From Octopus bimaculoides (taxonomy: Eukaryota), in contig NC_068992.1 of the NCBI RefSeq assembly GCF_001194135.2, positions 55,406,070-55,446,528 on the forward strand: 40,459 nucleotides of DNA, written 5' to 3'. Each line of letters starts with the position of its first letter. The stretch's first letter is position 1. Below the pieces are notes generated by a model. That model was not told where the DNA came from. It saw only the letters and a list, made by a program, of their open reading frames with translations, and did no database searches. The position numbers were made by a program, and so were the translations under genes. Shown here piece after piece: positions 1 to 10,974 of this stretch.

Positions 1-29
<29 letters not shown>
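1..29. repeat. (AG)n microsatellite
   Basis: Pure AG dinucleotide run at the window start. Confidence 0.98.
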
Positions 30-33
<4 letters not shown>

Positions 34-246
34 GGTGTACACTCAAAGCAATGACTAGTAATATTACGAAACCGGTATGCTTTTAAATCTCTTTAACAAC
101 TCACAATAATGACTTCTTTTACCTTTATTCCTACCTCAGTTCATCTAATTGTATATATCCATCGTTACTTTTCATAAAAAGCCTTAGTTTTTTTTTTTTA
201 TTATTTCCAATGTGCATTTTCGCTTATTTTTCTGCTTATTTTCCCC

Positions 247-667
247 TTACATTTCCACGACAAAGGCAAAGTCATGACTGTCAGACAATTTTTGCAACCA
301 CAGCACCCCTAACATCGGGCCACCTAACTCCCCAGGCTGCAACCCCTTAATTATTATGTGTGGGCACAGTTGAGCGAGAGGCCAACAAAAGAAAAACAAA
401 AAGATAAACACCAAAGATAAACTGAAGACAAGGATTATTGCAGCATACCCCAACTTAAATAAGGAGACTGTCCAGAAGAGTTGCAGGAGATTCCGAAGTT
501 GTCTGGAGGCCGTGGTTGGAGCCAATGGCGATTTTATTGAATAAATTCACTCTTTAATATTTCAAGATATTTTTATGTAATTTTGGTAAATATATCTGTT
601 AAAATGAGATGTCAGTATTATGTTCATTTTTCTGTAACTTAGACAACAGTTTATTCACCGCACTACG
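247..667 (+). mobile_element. 5'-truncated Tc1/mariner DNA transposon (transposase C-terminus plus right terminus)
   Basis: Frameshifted + strand translation TPNIGPPNSPGCNP / NYYVW / GTVERE / NTKDKLKTRIIAAYPNLNKETVQKSCRRFRSCLEAVVGANGDFIE* (stop ends 544) matches the WPPxSPDLNPLDYxxW...GxxFE end of DDD/E transposases. The 3' end ...TTATTCACCGCACTACG is followed by TA (668-669). No left TIR seen. Confidence 0.85.
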
Positions 668-669
668 TA

Positions 670-1125
670 TATCACTGCATATTTTGATTCGTTTTAGGGT
701 GTAGAGTTTTGACATTTTTAGCCAATACTGGTAGCTGTCGTGCCGCATTGAGACAATCTTCTATGTGTAACTTCGCTGGGTTACTTCTAGTTCTGTCATT
801 TGTTTTACACTGTGTGGTGACCATAGTTAGGAGCATTAGTCTAAACAGCTGAAGACAAATGTCTTCCAGAGGTCCGTCATATTAAAAGTTCTAAATATCT
901 ATCCGGACAACTGTCTACATTTTGTTGCAAACTTAGTAATATGCACCTGAAAAGATGCATTATTCCTCATGTCAATGCCTAATTCGCGAAATGGTTTTAA
1001 ATCAGAGATTGCGATCTCTCCTGGATCAGTGTATCTTGTCTATGTTTCATTCAGCTTCGTGTGTTGATAGCTCAGAGCCTGGAATTTCAAAGCCTTAAAC
1101 TTATTGTCCTCAACTCACCTGTATA
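670..1125 (-). mobile_element. CR1/L2-group LINE ORF2 C-terminal fragment (pseudogene)
   Basis: One minus frame with in-frame stops reads KFQALSYQH...FRELGIDMRNNASFQVHITKFATKCRQLSG*IFRTF...LWKTFVFSCLD*CS*LWSPHSVKQMTELEVTQRSYT*KI...LYTLKR, then YAVIY after a frameshift. This fits the DLG(I/V) / LDYCSxxWSP / LExxQR / RRRERY motifs downstream of the RT in CR1-group LINEs. Confidence 0.85.
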
Positions 1126-2746
1126 TTGCGTCCAAATTTTGATGAAGGTGCGCAACATTTCCAGGGTTCTGTATCCTCAAAGAGATCTTCATATATAGAA
1201 TATACTGCTTTTCACACATATGCATGTATCTATGTGCATATTTATTATGTACGAGTGTATGTGTGCGTGTGTCTGCCTATGTCTACCTGTGTCTGTATGT
1301 TTCTCTACAATATATTAACATTGATAATACCTAATCACTTGCGTATTACATTCTCCTCATAAAACTTATATAATACCTGCCATGCTATACGTACACTATT
1401 ATTCGTTCCATAATGCAATATTCGCAATATTTCTACAGCTTGTACCCAAGAATTATTGTGGATTCGAATACATACGGGAAATATTTCGTTCCTAAAGATA
1501 TAAATTCCATTTATCAAACTTAACAAATGTATATTCTAAGAGTGCAATAAGCGTTGGTTTCTTCTCATAAATGACTAATTCTAATCGTGTATGATTTCAC
1601 TAGTTGTTTCAAAGTATAAAGCAAAGATATCATGTAAGTGTAGAAAAGCTGAGTGAGAAAAGTGAGATGAAACAGAGTCTAACGATAAGATACGTTTAAA
1701 TTATGACATAGCTCTTATAATTCTCGCCGATATTTTTATCAGTCGACGTGAAGCCTCTGTGCGGTCGCTTCACGTATAGTAAATAACAGTCAAATAACAT
1801 GTCTTAAATAAAGTGTACGTTAAACAATACATTGAAAAATATGTTTGAGCCCTGGGAATGGCTTTAAATTGCAAACCGGTAGACCTTGGTTTGGAAGATC
1901 GAATTTTTTGAGGAGTCTGGAAACACCTCTTAGCCACTATTATTCCCAGATCTACTCTAACCTGTGTATAGCATTTGTCAGGGTCTTAAATCTGATTAAA
2001 TAGCATGTAACAAACTGAACCAGGATACGTTCAAACCATATTTCGGGAAACGTAATCAGTGGGGTAACCTACTGGATACTGAATGGATAAACAGACAGCA
2101 GATTCTCGACGGCCGGGATTAATCAGTTCAGTATGTAATCAACTGCTATTCCCTGTATTTGTGACGAGCACAGGTGGGATATTTCGGTAGCAAAAGTTCA
2201 ATGTAACTAAAACCAGAACAGCCGTCCATGCTTCATCTTTCGATCGGAGTGACTGGCATTGAGAAATTACATTAGTTCGGGCAAGTCACTTGACTGGATG
2301 ATGTTGATGATACATTGAACAGAGAAAGCATATTTCTTTATTTATGAAAGTGGTGCCACCTTAAACTTTCAAAAGCATCATTCACAAGACATCGATTCAG
2401 GTACCGACATCCTCATCTTATATTCACGAATGAGGAAGCGGTCAACATGAATGTATGCATGCATGAATGTATCTATGTTTGTATGTTTTAATGTATTTGT
2501 GCGAGTGTATTATGGACAGAGAGATAGAGAAAATATTAAGTAGTAAATATTACCTACTCCTGCTTCTAAAAAGGAGAAAACTTAATAATATTGGTATATC
2601 GGCAATTTATTATAGAAACTTGTATATTGAAAGAATTTCTATGTCTTGTGATTTCATCTTGTCTGAGAATCTTCGGTTTTGAGAAGATTTAAGAAATAGA
2701 TATTGCAACTATCATTGGTGGTTTGGCTTCAAAATTATACACACGC

Positions 2747-2748
<2 letters not shown>

Positions 2749-2808
<60 letters not shown>
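2749..2808. repeat. (GT)n microsatellite
   Basis: Pure GT run. Confidence 0.98.
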
Positions 2809-2811
<3 letters not shown>

Positions 2812-4884
2812 TGGGTGCTTTTGAGCGTCTTGTTTCTTATAATGCAAGTGGGTATTCTGTCGGGTGTGCTTATATTTTATTCTGTTTGTTTTTATCTGTT
2901 GGTGCGAGTGATGAGTTATGTACGTGTTTGGGTGTTCAAATATGGGTTTGTTTATGTTAGTATGAACAACGGATATTTTCTTTCTTTCTGTCTTTTTTTC
3001 TTTCTCTCTGCTTTTGATTCTTTCTTTCCCGCTTTCTTTCTTTCTTTCTCTCTTTATTTTTGGTATTCATGGAAGATATAGAGACAGACGAATTAAGTTT
3101 ATTGACCGTCTGTTATGGTATGTAATTAAGAACAATACTTTATCTATCAATGAGAAGTATGCAGAACATTTTGCGAGAAGGAATTTCGGATGATGTAGAA
3201 TAAAAATTAATTTTTTTGCTTGAAATTCATCAGGGACATCTAGTCGTGTAGAGAAATATAAACATAGAATTGTTTCATTCCTGTACTTTTTTTATATTTA
3301 TCTTTTTTAAAAGTGAGAGAGGGGGAGAAAGTGAGATAGAGAAAGAGAGAGAGATAAAGATAGAGAGAGAATGAAAGAGAGAAAAGGGAGAGAGATAAAG
3401 AGAGAGAGAGATGTGTTAGAAATGATGTTCGGATGAAAGACAGATATTTGTGTGGTTGAAAAGGCGAAAGTAAGAAATAAGTAGGAGGTAGAGGGGCTCC
3501 AAATAGATGGAAACGTTTAGGAATAAAACTACTAAAGACTAAAATACAGACAAGGAAAACGATATATCGAGAGAGATTCAAAGGCAAATACTCAAGTATA
3601 TGTCGAGTAGTGATGCAGTACGACCGTTTCAAGCGACTCCATTTAATCAAACAATGCAATCATTACATCAATTTAAATGCAGTGCTTTCATCAGCTGCAC
3701 AAATAAATAAATAGAATTTTAACCAGTCGGTCACATTAATATAATTTTTCTCGAATACTTTAACAGAGCAAGAATATTGAAGAAATTCATGTTGTCGCAA
3801 TTGTAGCTAAGAATAGACGACACTTCCAAGAATCGCATGAGGCCCATATTTTTATATGGAGTAATAGTATTCACGTTAAAAGTCTAAGTGCACACTTTTA
3901 ATGTTAGTATTCATTGCAATCTTCGTATCGAATCGTTAGAGCAGAAATGATGGCTCCTTTCTGAATTTAGCACTGGCTATAGAGTGCATCACTTTGAGAA
4001 CAAGACTATCTTACCTGCAGATAACACGATCGATATATGAACCTTTACAGCATATGACGTGCGTTAAGAAAACAACAATCTTTATATCCAAATATTATCT
4101 GTAAAGAACGTGAAGTATATCTAATGTGCAGAATAATGTGTTCACTGATTTGGAGATAAGAAAGAATTGGGTGGCAAATTTCAGTTGTTGCAGACGATGA
4201 TCTATTGCGCTAAAACGGCAGCGTCATTTGTCGTCAAATTGTGCAAACGTATATTTTCTGTGATGTATGGCCATAATCCTTTTTATTACTGCCTCTGTAT
4301 TTTTACAATGGTTAGGTGTGAGCTGCAGTGAAAATTAGATAAAATTTAGTCTAAAATTGCTTTGCTATTTTACGTAGCTACACTTTCAATAGATTAATTA
4401 TTCTCATAAATAGTTCTGTGTCGAGTTATGTATATAGTTCTCGAATATTACAGTTGCATTTTTATGACTAGTAATTGTGGCTATCTTCAATATCTAGATT
4501 TGTGGCTATTTGCGCAGTTTTTGTGTTTATGACAAAAGAGGCTACCTTTTCGCATATGTCTGAAATAGTTTTATACTACTCACCATATTGGTTCCTAAAC
4601 AAACAAAAAAAGACACACACACAGACTTTTATATATTTGTATATCTATCTATCTATCTATCTATCTATCTGTAACTAAACGTGGACTGTTGGCGACTTTT
4701 TCCTCCCTTCCTTTTCTTTTGGACTTTTCTATGTCTCCAGTTTCCGAGGAAAAGCTTTGCACGGAATGTAAAACAATTACTCTTTCTCTACTTCTCTGAC
4801 CGTCTCATTAATAGTTTACATATACCATGTCTTCGCGTTGTTGTCTTTCCTTGTCCTCTTTTTCTCGTTTTTTTTTAATTAATT

Positions 4885-5068
4885 ATATATATATACATGC
4901 ATACATACATACATATACATTCAGACGCATATATATACACACACAAATACAAATATGTGTATATACATATATTTATACATACATATATGTACATATATGT
5001 ATATATACATATATGTATATATACATATACGGATATGTATATATACGTATACATATATACATATATAG
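4885..5068. repeat. Compound (AT)/(ACAT) microsatellite abutting a SINE
   Basis: Low-complexity AT/ACAT run ending exactly at the GACGGGCTTC end of the adjacent SINE half. Confidence 0.9.
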
Positions 5069-5224
5069 GACGGGCTTCTTTGAGTTTCCGTCTACCGAAT
5101 CCACTCACAAGGCTTTGGTCGGCCCGAGGCTTTAGTAGAAGACATCTGCTCAAGGTGCCACGCAGTGGGCCTGAACCTGGAACTATGTGGCTGGAAAGCA
5201 AGCTACTTACCACACAGCCACTCC
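5069..5224 (-). mobile_element. tRNA-derived SINE family B, 5' half (CORE-like; resembles octopus OR2)
   Basis: The minus strand starts GGAGTGGCTGTGTGGTAAG (A-box-like), has GGTTCAGGCCC (B-box-like), then GGCACCTTGAGCAGATGTCTTCT (CORE-like). Clear similarity to 9091-9250 and 40123-40267. The family name is from memory. Confidence 0.85.
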
Positions 5225-5226
5225 AT

Positions 5227-5278
5227 ACATATATATATACATACATACACATGCACACACACACATTTATATATATAA

Positions 5279-5340
<62 letters not shown>
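5227..5340. repeat. (AT)n/(AC)n microsatellite
   Basis: Direct inspection. Confidence 0.95.
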
Positions 5341-6992
5341 CAAATTTGGTCGAGTAATAGAATGAAAATGAAAGAAAAATAAAGGACAGTAAAAGAAAGA
5401 ATATGAGGAAAAAGGAAAGAAGGTGGAAAAAGGAAAGAAGGTGGAAAAGGAGGAGGGAAAACAGGAATTGGGGAAGAATGTAAAGAAGAGTGAAATTCAA
5501 GCTATGAGTCAACAGGATAGCAATAACCTTGAACGCAGATTTCTAATCTTCATCCTCAGCATAATATTTACTGCTCATCCCACCACTGTCATTAGAATTC
5601 TCTCCTTCCTTTTCTTCGTTGGCTTCATTTTTATTCCGTATAACCATCATTGGAACTATTGTAGTTCGCAGAAGATATGCACTTCACATAATCATCCCCG
5701 GCTTAAGGACTTAATCCTTGAAATAGTCCAGTCCTCAGTCACTCTTTATGTTATATTTATCGGACACCAGCGTCATTACTTATATTCAATATATTTATTA
5801 TCATTGTTATAACCTGATATTGCACCCTTGTATCATCTCAACACCTTCATTGGTTCTACTTATCTTCGCTTTCTTGACTAATATTTTACCCAAATTTCCT
5901 TTCACGTTTCAAGTTTTTACTTTTCAAAACAGAAATAAAGCTGATTTATTGCAGTCTTCCTGCTTATTCTGTTTTTTCCCTATGTGTCTTTCATAGATTT
6001 TATAATTTTTCTGAAATTTTCAATATCTTTAAATTCTGATGTACTCCGTTATCTTTGCATCGTCTTTCTCAGTAATTTTTTTTTCTAATCACTTTTGCTA
6101 ATCATTTTTTCTAATCATTTTCCCCAATAATGTTACAACATAATTTTCCAGTTTTTGTCATCATAATGTTCTTTGAATATCTGGTTTCCATTTTTTCTAT
6201 TACTACCATTTACTCTTCATTCGTATTTTATTAATTTTTCATTTTACTTTTCGAATTATTGGTCTTTTCTCCAAAACAGTACCCCAGTTGTTTTGATTTC
6301 GTTACGTTTTTCAGTAAGTCTTAATATTTTATTCACAACACCCCTAATCTTCATTTTCCTCTACTTCGCCCTAACCGCAACCCCAAACCTAACCCTAAAC
6401 ATTTTACTTTCAATAATTCTAAGAGTTCATCATTTTGTATTTCAGATTCTACACTCAAATACCTGTTTTCTCTTTGTGATTCCTCTTCTTTTTCCCTATT
6501 CCTTTACGTTATCTAATTAACTTTCATCATGTTTAATTTTCTTTCTGTTAACCCTTCCTTCTTCTTTCTTTCTCCTCTGTTTTTCTTCTGTCACCCAACC
6601 CACACCCTTTAGTAGACTCCCTCCCCATCATCACACCCTATTGCTAGAAAACTATATATAATGTATAAACCGCAGATGAAACTCGGAGTAGCAAGCCGCT
6701 AACTAGATTAAGGTTATATATATATATATNNNNNNNNNNNNNNNNNNNNNNNNNNNNNNNNNNNNNNNNNNNNNNNNNNNNNNNNNNNNNNNNNNNNNNN
6801 NNNNNNNNNNNNNNNNNNNNNNNNNNNNNNNNNNNNNNNNNNNNNNNNNNNNNNNNNNNNNNNNNNNNNNNNNNNNNNNNNNNNNNNNNGTATGTATGTA
6901 CCAAAATCTGTCATGCCCATAAAATATATACAGGGTGCCTCAAAAGTCACTCTCAGTTTCAGTGACATTTTGTATTTCTTATGAACTATTGC

Positions 6993-7136
6993 TGTGTTTA
7001 CGTACCCGTATCTTAGCGCTTCGGCAAAAGAAAACGATAGAGTAAATTACAGGATTCATTCGACTAAAATGCTTCAAGCCGGTGCCCCACTATGGCCGTA
7101 GTCTGATTGACTGAAACAAGTAAAAGATAAAAGAAT
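6993..7136 (+). mobile_element. SINE family B 3' half inserted in the mariner 5' region
   Basis: TGTGTTTACGTACCCGTATCTTAGCGCTTCGGCAAAAG...TGACTGAAACAAGTAAAAGATAAAAG matches 22232-22413. Possible imperfect TSD CTAT(T)GCTGT on both sides. Confidence 0.85.
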
Positions 7137-7257
7137 GCTATGCTGTCATTAGGATAAATATTAGCAGAGTAAATTTGTGCTTTTACAAAATGTTAATTGG
7201 TTTATGTCGATATTTCTGTAGTTTTTATTTATATTTTTCAGATCCAAATAACTACTG

Positions 7258-8243
7258 ATGAAAGTTAAAGAACGGGTACTTGTAATAACATGGAAGATAA
7301 AAGGCCTGAAATGCACAGAAATTAGAAATAAATTTGGGAGGAAGTTTCATAAGAAAGGTCCAATAGACAACGCTATTCGTGAGGTAATGAAATTTCAGAA
7401 AACTGGATTTGGATGAGAACAGAACTGGACATCCAAGAAAATCAGATAGAATTGAATTGGTTCGGGAAGCATTTAAACAAGAGCTGCAATTATTGACCCA
7501 TAGGGCAGCTAAAATGTTAGAAATTCCACGTGCATCAATCCGAAAAATCCTACAAAGTGAATTGAATGAAAAAGCTTACCACATTTAATTTTTTCACAAC
7601 TTACAAGAAAAGGACTATCCTCACAGATCTGCGATCTGCGCTGAGTTTATTGATCAAATTAAGAGGGCCGATTTAATCAGCAAAATTGTCGCATTTGGAA
7701 AAGCATGCAGCCAACTGAATTTCTTGAATGGGAACAAATACACCTAAGTGAATATTTGGCTTGATATGATTGAGTCAAAAGTGTATAAACCTTTATTATT
7801 CGCAGAGACTATGGTCACGGGAATTGTGTATCTTCGTATGCTTGAACAATTCCTCGAACCTCAACTTCTTATAATCTGCATTCTTGACACTGTAGTTTTT
7901 CAACAGGATGGAGTTCTGTGCCATTATACAAAGATTATACGTAATTATTTTGACAGGTGCTTCCCTCATCCTTGGATTGGTTGTGGAGGAAGACAACTAT
8001 GGGAAGTACGATCATTCAATTTAACACCATTAGATTTTTTACGCTTAGGGGTTCATTAAGTTTATGGTGTATATCAACAGGAGAATCAGAGATGTAGCAG
8101 AGCTTCGAAATCTTATTACTGATGCAGTTCGAAACATAATACAACAGATACTAGAAAATGTGTTCCTTGAAGCAATCTGTCGCTTTGAGCTCTGTAGAGA
8201 TATTGATGGTCACCATGCGGAACACTTATTGTTTACAGTATAA
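7258..8243 (+). pseudogene. Mariner-type transposase pseudogene (N-terminal HTH plus DDE/D domain)
   Basis: MKVKERVLVITWK...EIRNKFGRKF...KFQKTG, then VNIW...GIVYLRMLEQFLEPQL...VFQQDG...WIG...RSFNLTPLDF...RFELCRDIDGHHAEHLL*. Several stops and frameshifts; the first catalytic D block (FSDE) appears deleted and the third D reads N. Confidence 0.9.
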
Positions 8244-8336
8244 TGTTTGAAATTAATAATTTATTCAAATTTAAACCAGTTTTTCCTAACACCAGGTATT
8301 TTTCAAAATAGATAGTGACTTTTAAGACACCCTGTA

Positions 8337-8790
8337 TATTCGTCATTTATTCTCATTTTAGCCAGTTTTGATGAACTCACTTCAAGCATGGTTTTGAACA
8401 CAATTGTGTTTTCTTCATATTTATTTCCAGTCCCACTTAGCTGCTTTCTTTTTCGCTTCATTTAACATTTGTTCAGGTTCATAAGCATTTCTTGAGAAGA
8501 AGTTTATGTCGCCAACGAAGTGTAAATGATTTATAAACTTTCGATTGATGTTTATTCCTATTTTATCCAAGTTAAGCCTTTTAGAGATGCCGTCCAGTGC
8601 AGCTTAAAAGACTTTGGAAGAATTTGGGCAATATTATGATTTCTTGGTTTACTTCTCTTTTATTACTGATCGTTTCATTTTTAGTGTGAAATGTTATAAA
8701 TGCTGCTCCCAGATATAGATTTTCATCCTCACTCTTTCAGTCTAAGGATATCTTGGTTATATTAAAGTGTACATTGCCGCAATGAAGTAC
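8337..8790 (-). mobile_element. RTE-clade LINE reverse-transcriptase fragment (continues at ~6900-6928 beyond the mariner)
   Basis: Minus translation with frameshifts: TISNKREVNQEIIILPKFF (cf. RGVRQGDxxSPKLF), ININRKFINHLHFVGDINFFSRNAYEPEQMLNE (cf. LxHLRFADD), GLEINMKKT, RINDEY. Confidence 0.8.
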
Positions 8791-9036
8791 ATGTTAACGC
8801 ATGGAAGATTCAATCAGAATGTGTAGAAAGCATAGTAGGAGACGAGAATATAAATGTAGAGAGAAATAAGTATTAAAAGAAGGGAAAAGAAGAAAATATA
8901 TCATTTAATCAAGATATCCTCAGCCCGAAGAGTAGCCTGCAGTATATACCTCACCTGAATATTTACCACTTCTGAGGTTCCGTTGACTAAGAAACATATA
9001 TAGCCCGCATCTTAACTACTCCATTCCGTAACTCTC

Positions 9037-9037
<1 letters not shown>

Positions 9038-9091
<54 letters not shown>
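9038..9091. repeat. (TA)n microsatellite abutting a SINE
   Basis: Pure TA run ending at the SINE boundary. Confidence 0.97.
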
Positions 9092-9092
<1 letters not shown>

Positions 9093-9250
9093 GTCGGGCT
9101 TCTTTTAGTTTCCATCTATCAAATATACTCACAAGACTTTTGTTGACCCGGGGCTAGAGTAGAAGGCACAAGAACAATGTGTCACGCAGATTTATTTTTA
9201 TATTTACCTGGAACCATGTGGATGAGAGGAAATCTTACTACAGCCACGCC
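9091..9250 (-). mobile_element. SINE family B 5' half
   Basis: CGTCGGGCTTCTTTTAGTTTCCATCTATCAAAT...CTTACTACAGCCACGCC aligns with 5069-5224. Confidence 0.8.
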
Positions 9251-9714
9251 TGCATCTCCTACACACTGGATGAGCCGCTAGGCCAGAAGGTAGAACTGTC
9301 CATGTATATCACCTGTAATTTTGTAATATTTTTGCATATGTTATCAAGGAACCTGACTTGACAATCTTCACTAGAGACGATGAAGCGCCACCCAAACCAC
9401 AACCCAGCAAACTATGCGTAAAATCACGATGGCGTTGATATCAATGAAAATGATGATGGTGATTCTCTGAAACCGGATGCCTGTCATGACAGCTACATAT
9501 AACAAATTAGATAATGTAATTTATACCACAAATATCTCACTAGTTATCAGACAACAAGCAATCTCGCTTATATAACTTATCAACAGTCATATAAAGAAAC
9601 TCTAATCTCCTTTTCCTGTTTTCGCCTTCATTCTTTCATTCACACTTCCCTTTATACTTTTTTCCTTTGTTCCTCATTTTCGCACCTTTCTTTCTAACTA
9701 CTTCTCTAACGGCT

Positions 9715-9960
9715 CAACGAAGAAGGTTCTACCTGGTCGCTCTTAAATTCCATTAACTGTAGGTAATTTCGTTCGAAATATATTTTATCGTCTTTAATAA
9801 TAGATAATATAGACTTAGATACAGTGGTGGTCCTATACACACTGTCTGATAAAATTCATACACGGATGATCATGGTAGGTATGTTCTTTTGCAATTATCC
9901 CTTTAATGATAGCTAGGATGGTGTTAAAGAACATGGCAGCAAATAGGGATGAGTTAAGGA
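9715..9960 (-). mobile_element. Diverged copy of unclassified short interspersed repeat (family D)
   Basis: Blocks GGTTCTACCTGGTCGCTC, GTGGTCCTATACACACTGTCTG and ACGGATGATCATGG resemble 18172-18358 and the reverse complement of 11560-11785. A second partial copy lies at ~9970-10030. Confidence 0.5.
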
Positions 9961-10590
9961 GAGGAAAACTGTGTAGTTGCTCGCCATGCTAGAAATAGAA
10001 GACAAAATTTCCTTTCTGAAATCGCACGCTCATGTCCTAGGTGAGAAAGAATATCTTGAATAAGGTAAACATAAAAATACAGGCATACCTCAGTTTACGT
10101 TTGTAATCGGTTTCAAGACATGCGACCTAACTTGAAAAACGATATATCACGAAAGATCATGTTATAAATCTATTAGCTTGCATCTATTATGAGGAATGCT
10201 TTTATACATTTTTTTCGCTTGTACATGATTTTCCACTTTGCTATTGTTTTTTTTTTTTAACTTTTATGCTTTTAAATATCTTTGTTGTAATCGATGTTAA
10301 GTCGGATAAATCGACTGAAGTAGAGGATTATTTCTTAAAGTTAAAAAAAAAAAACACACCTGGATGTCGGAAAAGACGTAACTCGAAACGATGTAAGTTG
10401 AGGTGTACCTGAACTGCTTGACAAGAAAAGATTGGTGGATTGGGCAGTCATAGGCGGAGCATTCTTTATGACAGCTTACTTGACCAGATGTTTTTGTTTT
10501 TGTTTTTTCTTCTGATGAAACAACAAGAACCACAACCTAAACGAAAAATGCGGGAGGCGGTGTAAGTGAAGGAACCTCTATATACTTACT

Positions 10591-10974
10591 GTTGTTGGCA
10601 CTCCGTCGCTTACGACGTCGAGGGTTCCATTTGATCCGATCAACGGAACAGGCTGCTCGTCAAATTAACGTGCAAGTGGCTGAGCACTCCATAGACACGT
10701 GTACCCTTAACGAAGTTCTCGGGTATATTCAGCGTGACACAGTGTGACAAGGCTGACCCTTTGAATTACAGGCACAATAGAAAAAGGAAGAAAGAGTGAG
10801 AGAAAGTTGTGGTGGAAGAGTATAGCAGGGTTCGCCAGCATCCCCTGCCGGAGTCTCGTGGAGCTTTAGGTGTTTTCGCTCAATGAACACTCACAACGCC
10901 CGGTCTGGGAATCGAAACCGCGATCCTATGACCGCGAGTCCGCTGCCCTAACCACTGGGCCATTGCGCCTCCAC
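10591..10974 (-). mobile_element. Apparently full-length tRNA-derived SINE family C
   Basis: The minus strand begins GTGGAGGCGCAATGGCCCAGTGGTTAGGGCAGCGGACTCGCGG...GGTTTCGATTCCC (A box TGGCCCAGTGG, B box GGTTTCGATTCC). Its 3' ~215 bp match 36061-36277. It is not a tRNA gene: no acceptor stem, and it has a long repeat body. Confidence 0.9.

Larger units (their letters stand above)
6931..8334 (+). mobile_element. Full-length non-functional Tc1/mariner transposon with TIRs and TA TSD
   Basis: Left TIR CAGGGTGCCTCAAAAGTCACT (6931-6951) versus the reverse complement of the right end CAGGGTGTCTTAAAAGTCACT (8314-8334): 19/21 identical. TA at 6929-6930 and 8335-8336. Contains a transposase remnant. 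Confidence 0.95.

Noticed and set aside
247-525. Minus-strand 92-aa ORF (also 7796-7996, 16119-16406, 16160-16375, 16992-17180)
   Set aside because: These are antisense frames of transposase or LINE remnants.
1850-2030. Possible minus-strand fragment of another interspersed repeat (AGAGTAGATCTGGGAATAAT...)
   Set aside because: The resemblance is from memory only and there is no second copy in the window to support it.
4015-4098. 84-nt minus-strand exon candidate (TTTACAG...CTGCAG|GTAAGA)
   Set aside because: It has stop codons in all three frames and no other support.
6370-6399. Telomere-like CCCTAACCGCAACCCCAAACCTAACCCTAA
   Set aside because: Only about 5 degenerate units in a C-rich strand; not distinguishable from chance.
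10430-10460. ATTGG x2 plus GGCGGAG promoter-like cluster
   Set aside because: These short motifs are expected by chance; there is no associated gene start or CpG island, and the site lies among repeats.
10900-10974. tRNA-like sequence on the minus strand
   Set aside because: It has A and B boxes but no acceptor stem, and it is continuous with a repeat body also present at 36061-36277, so it is a SINE head.
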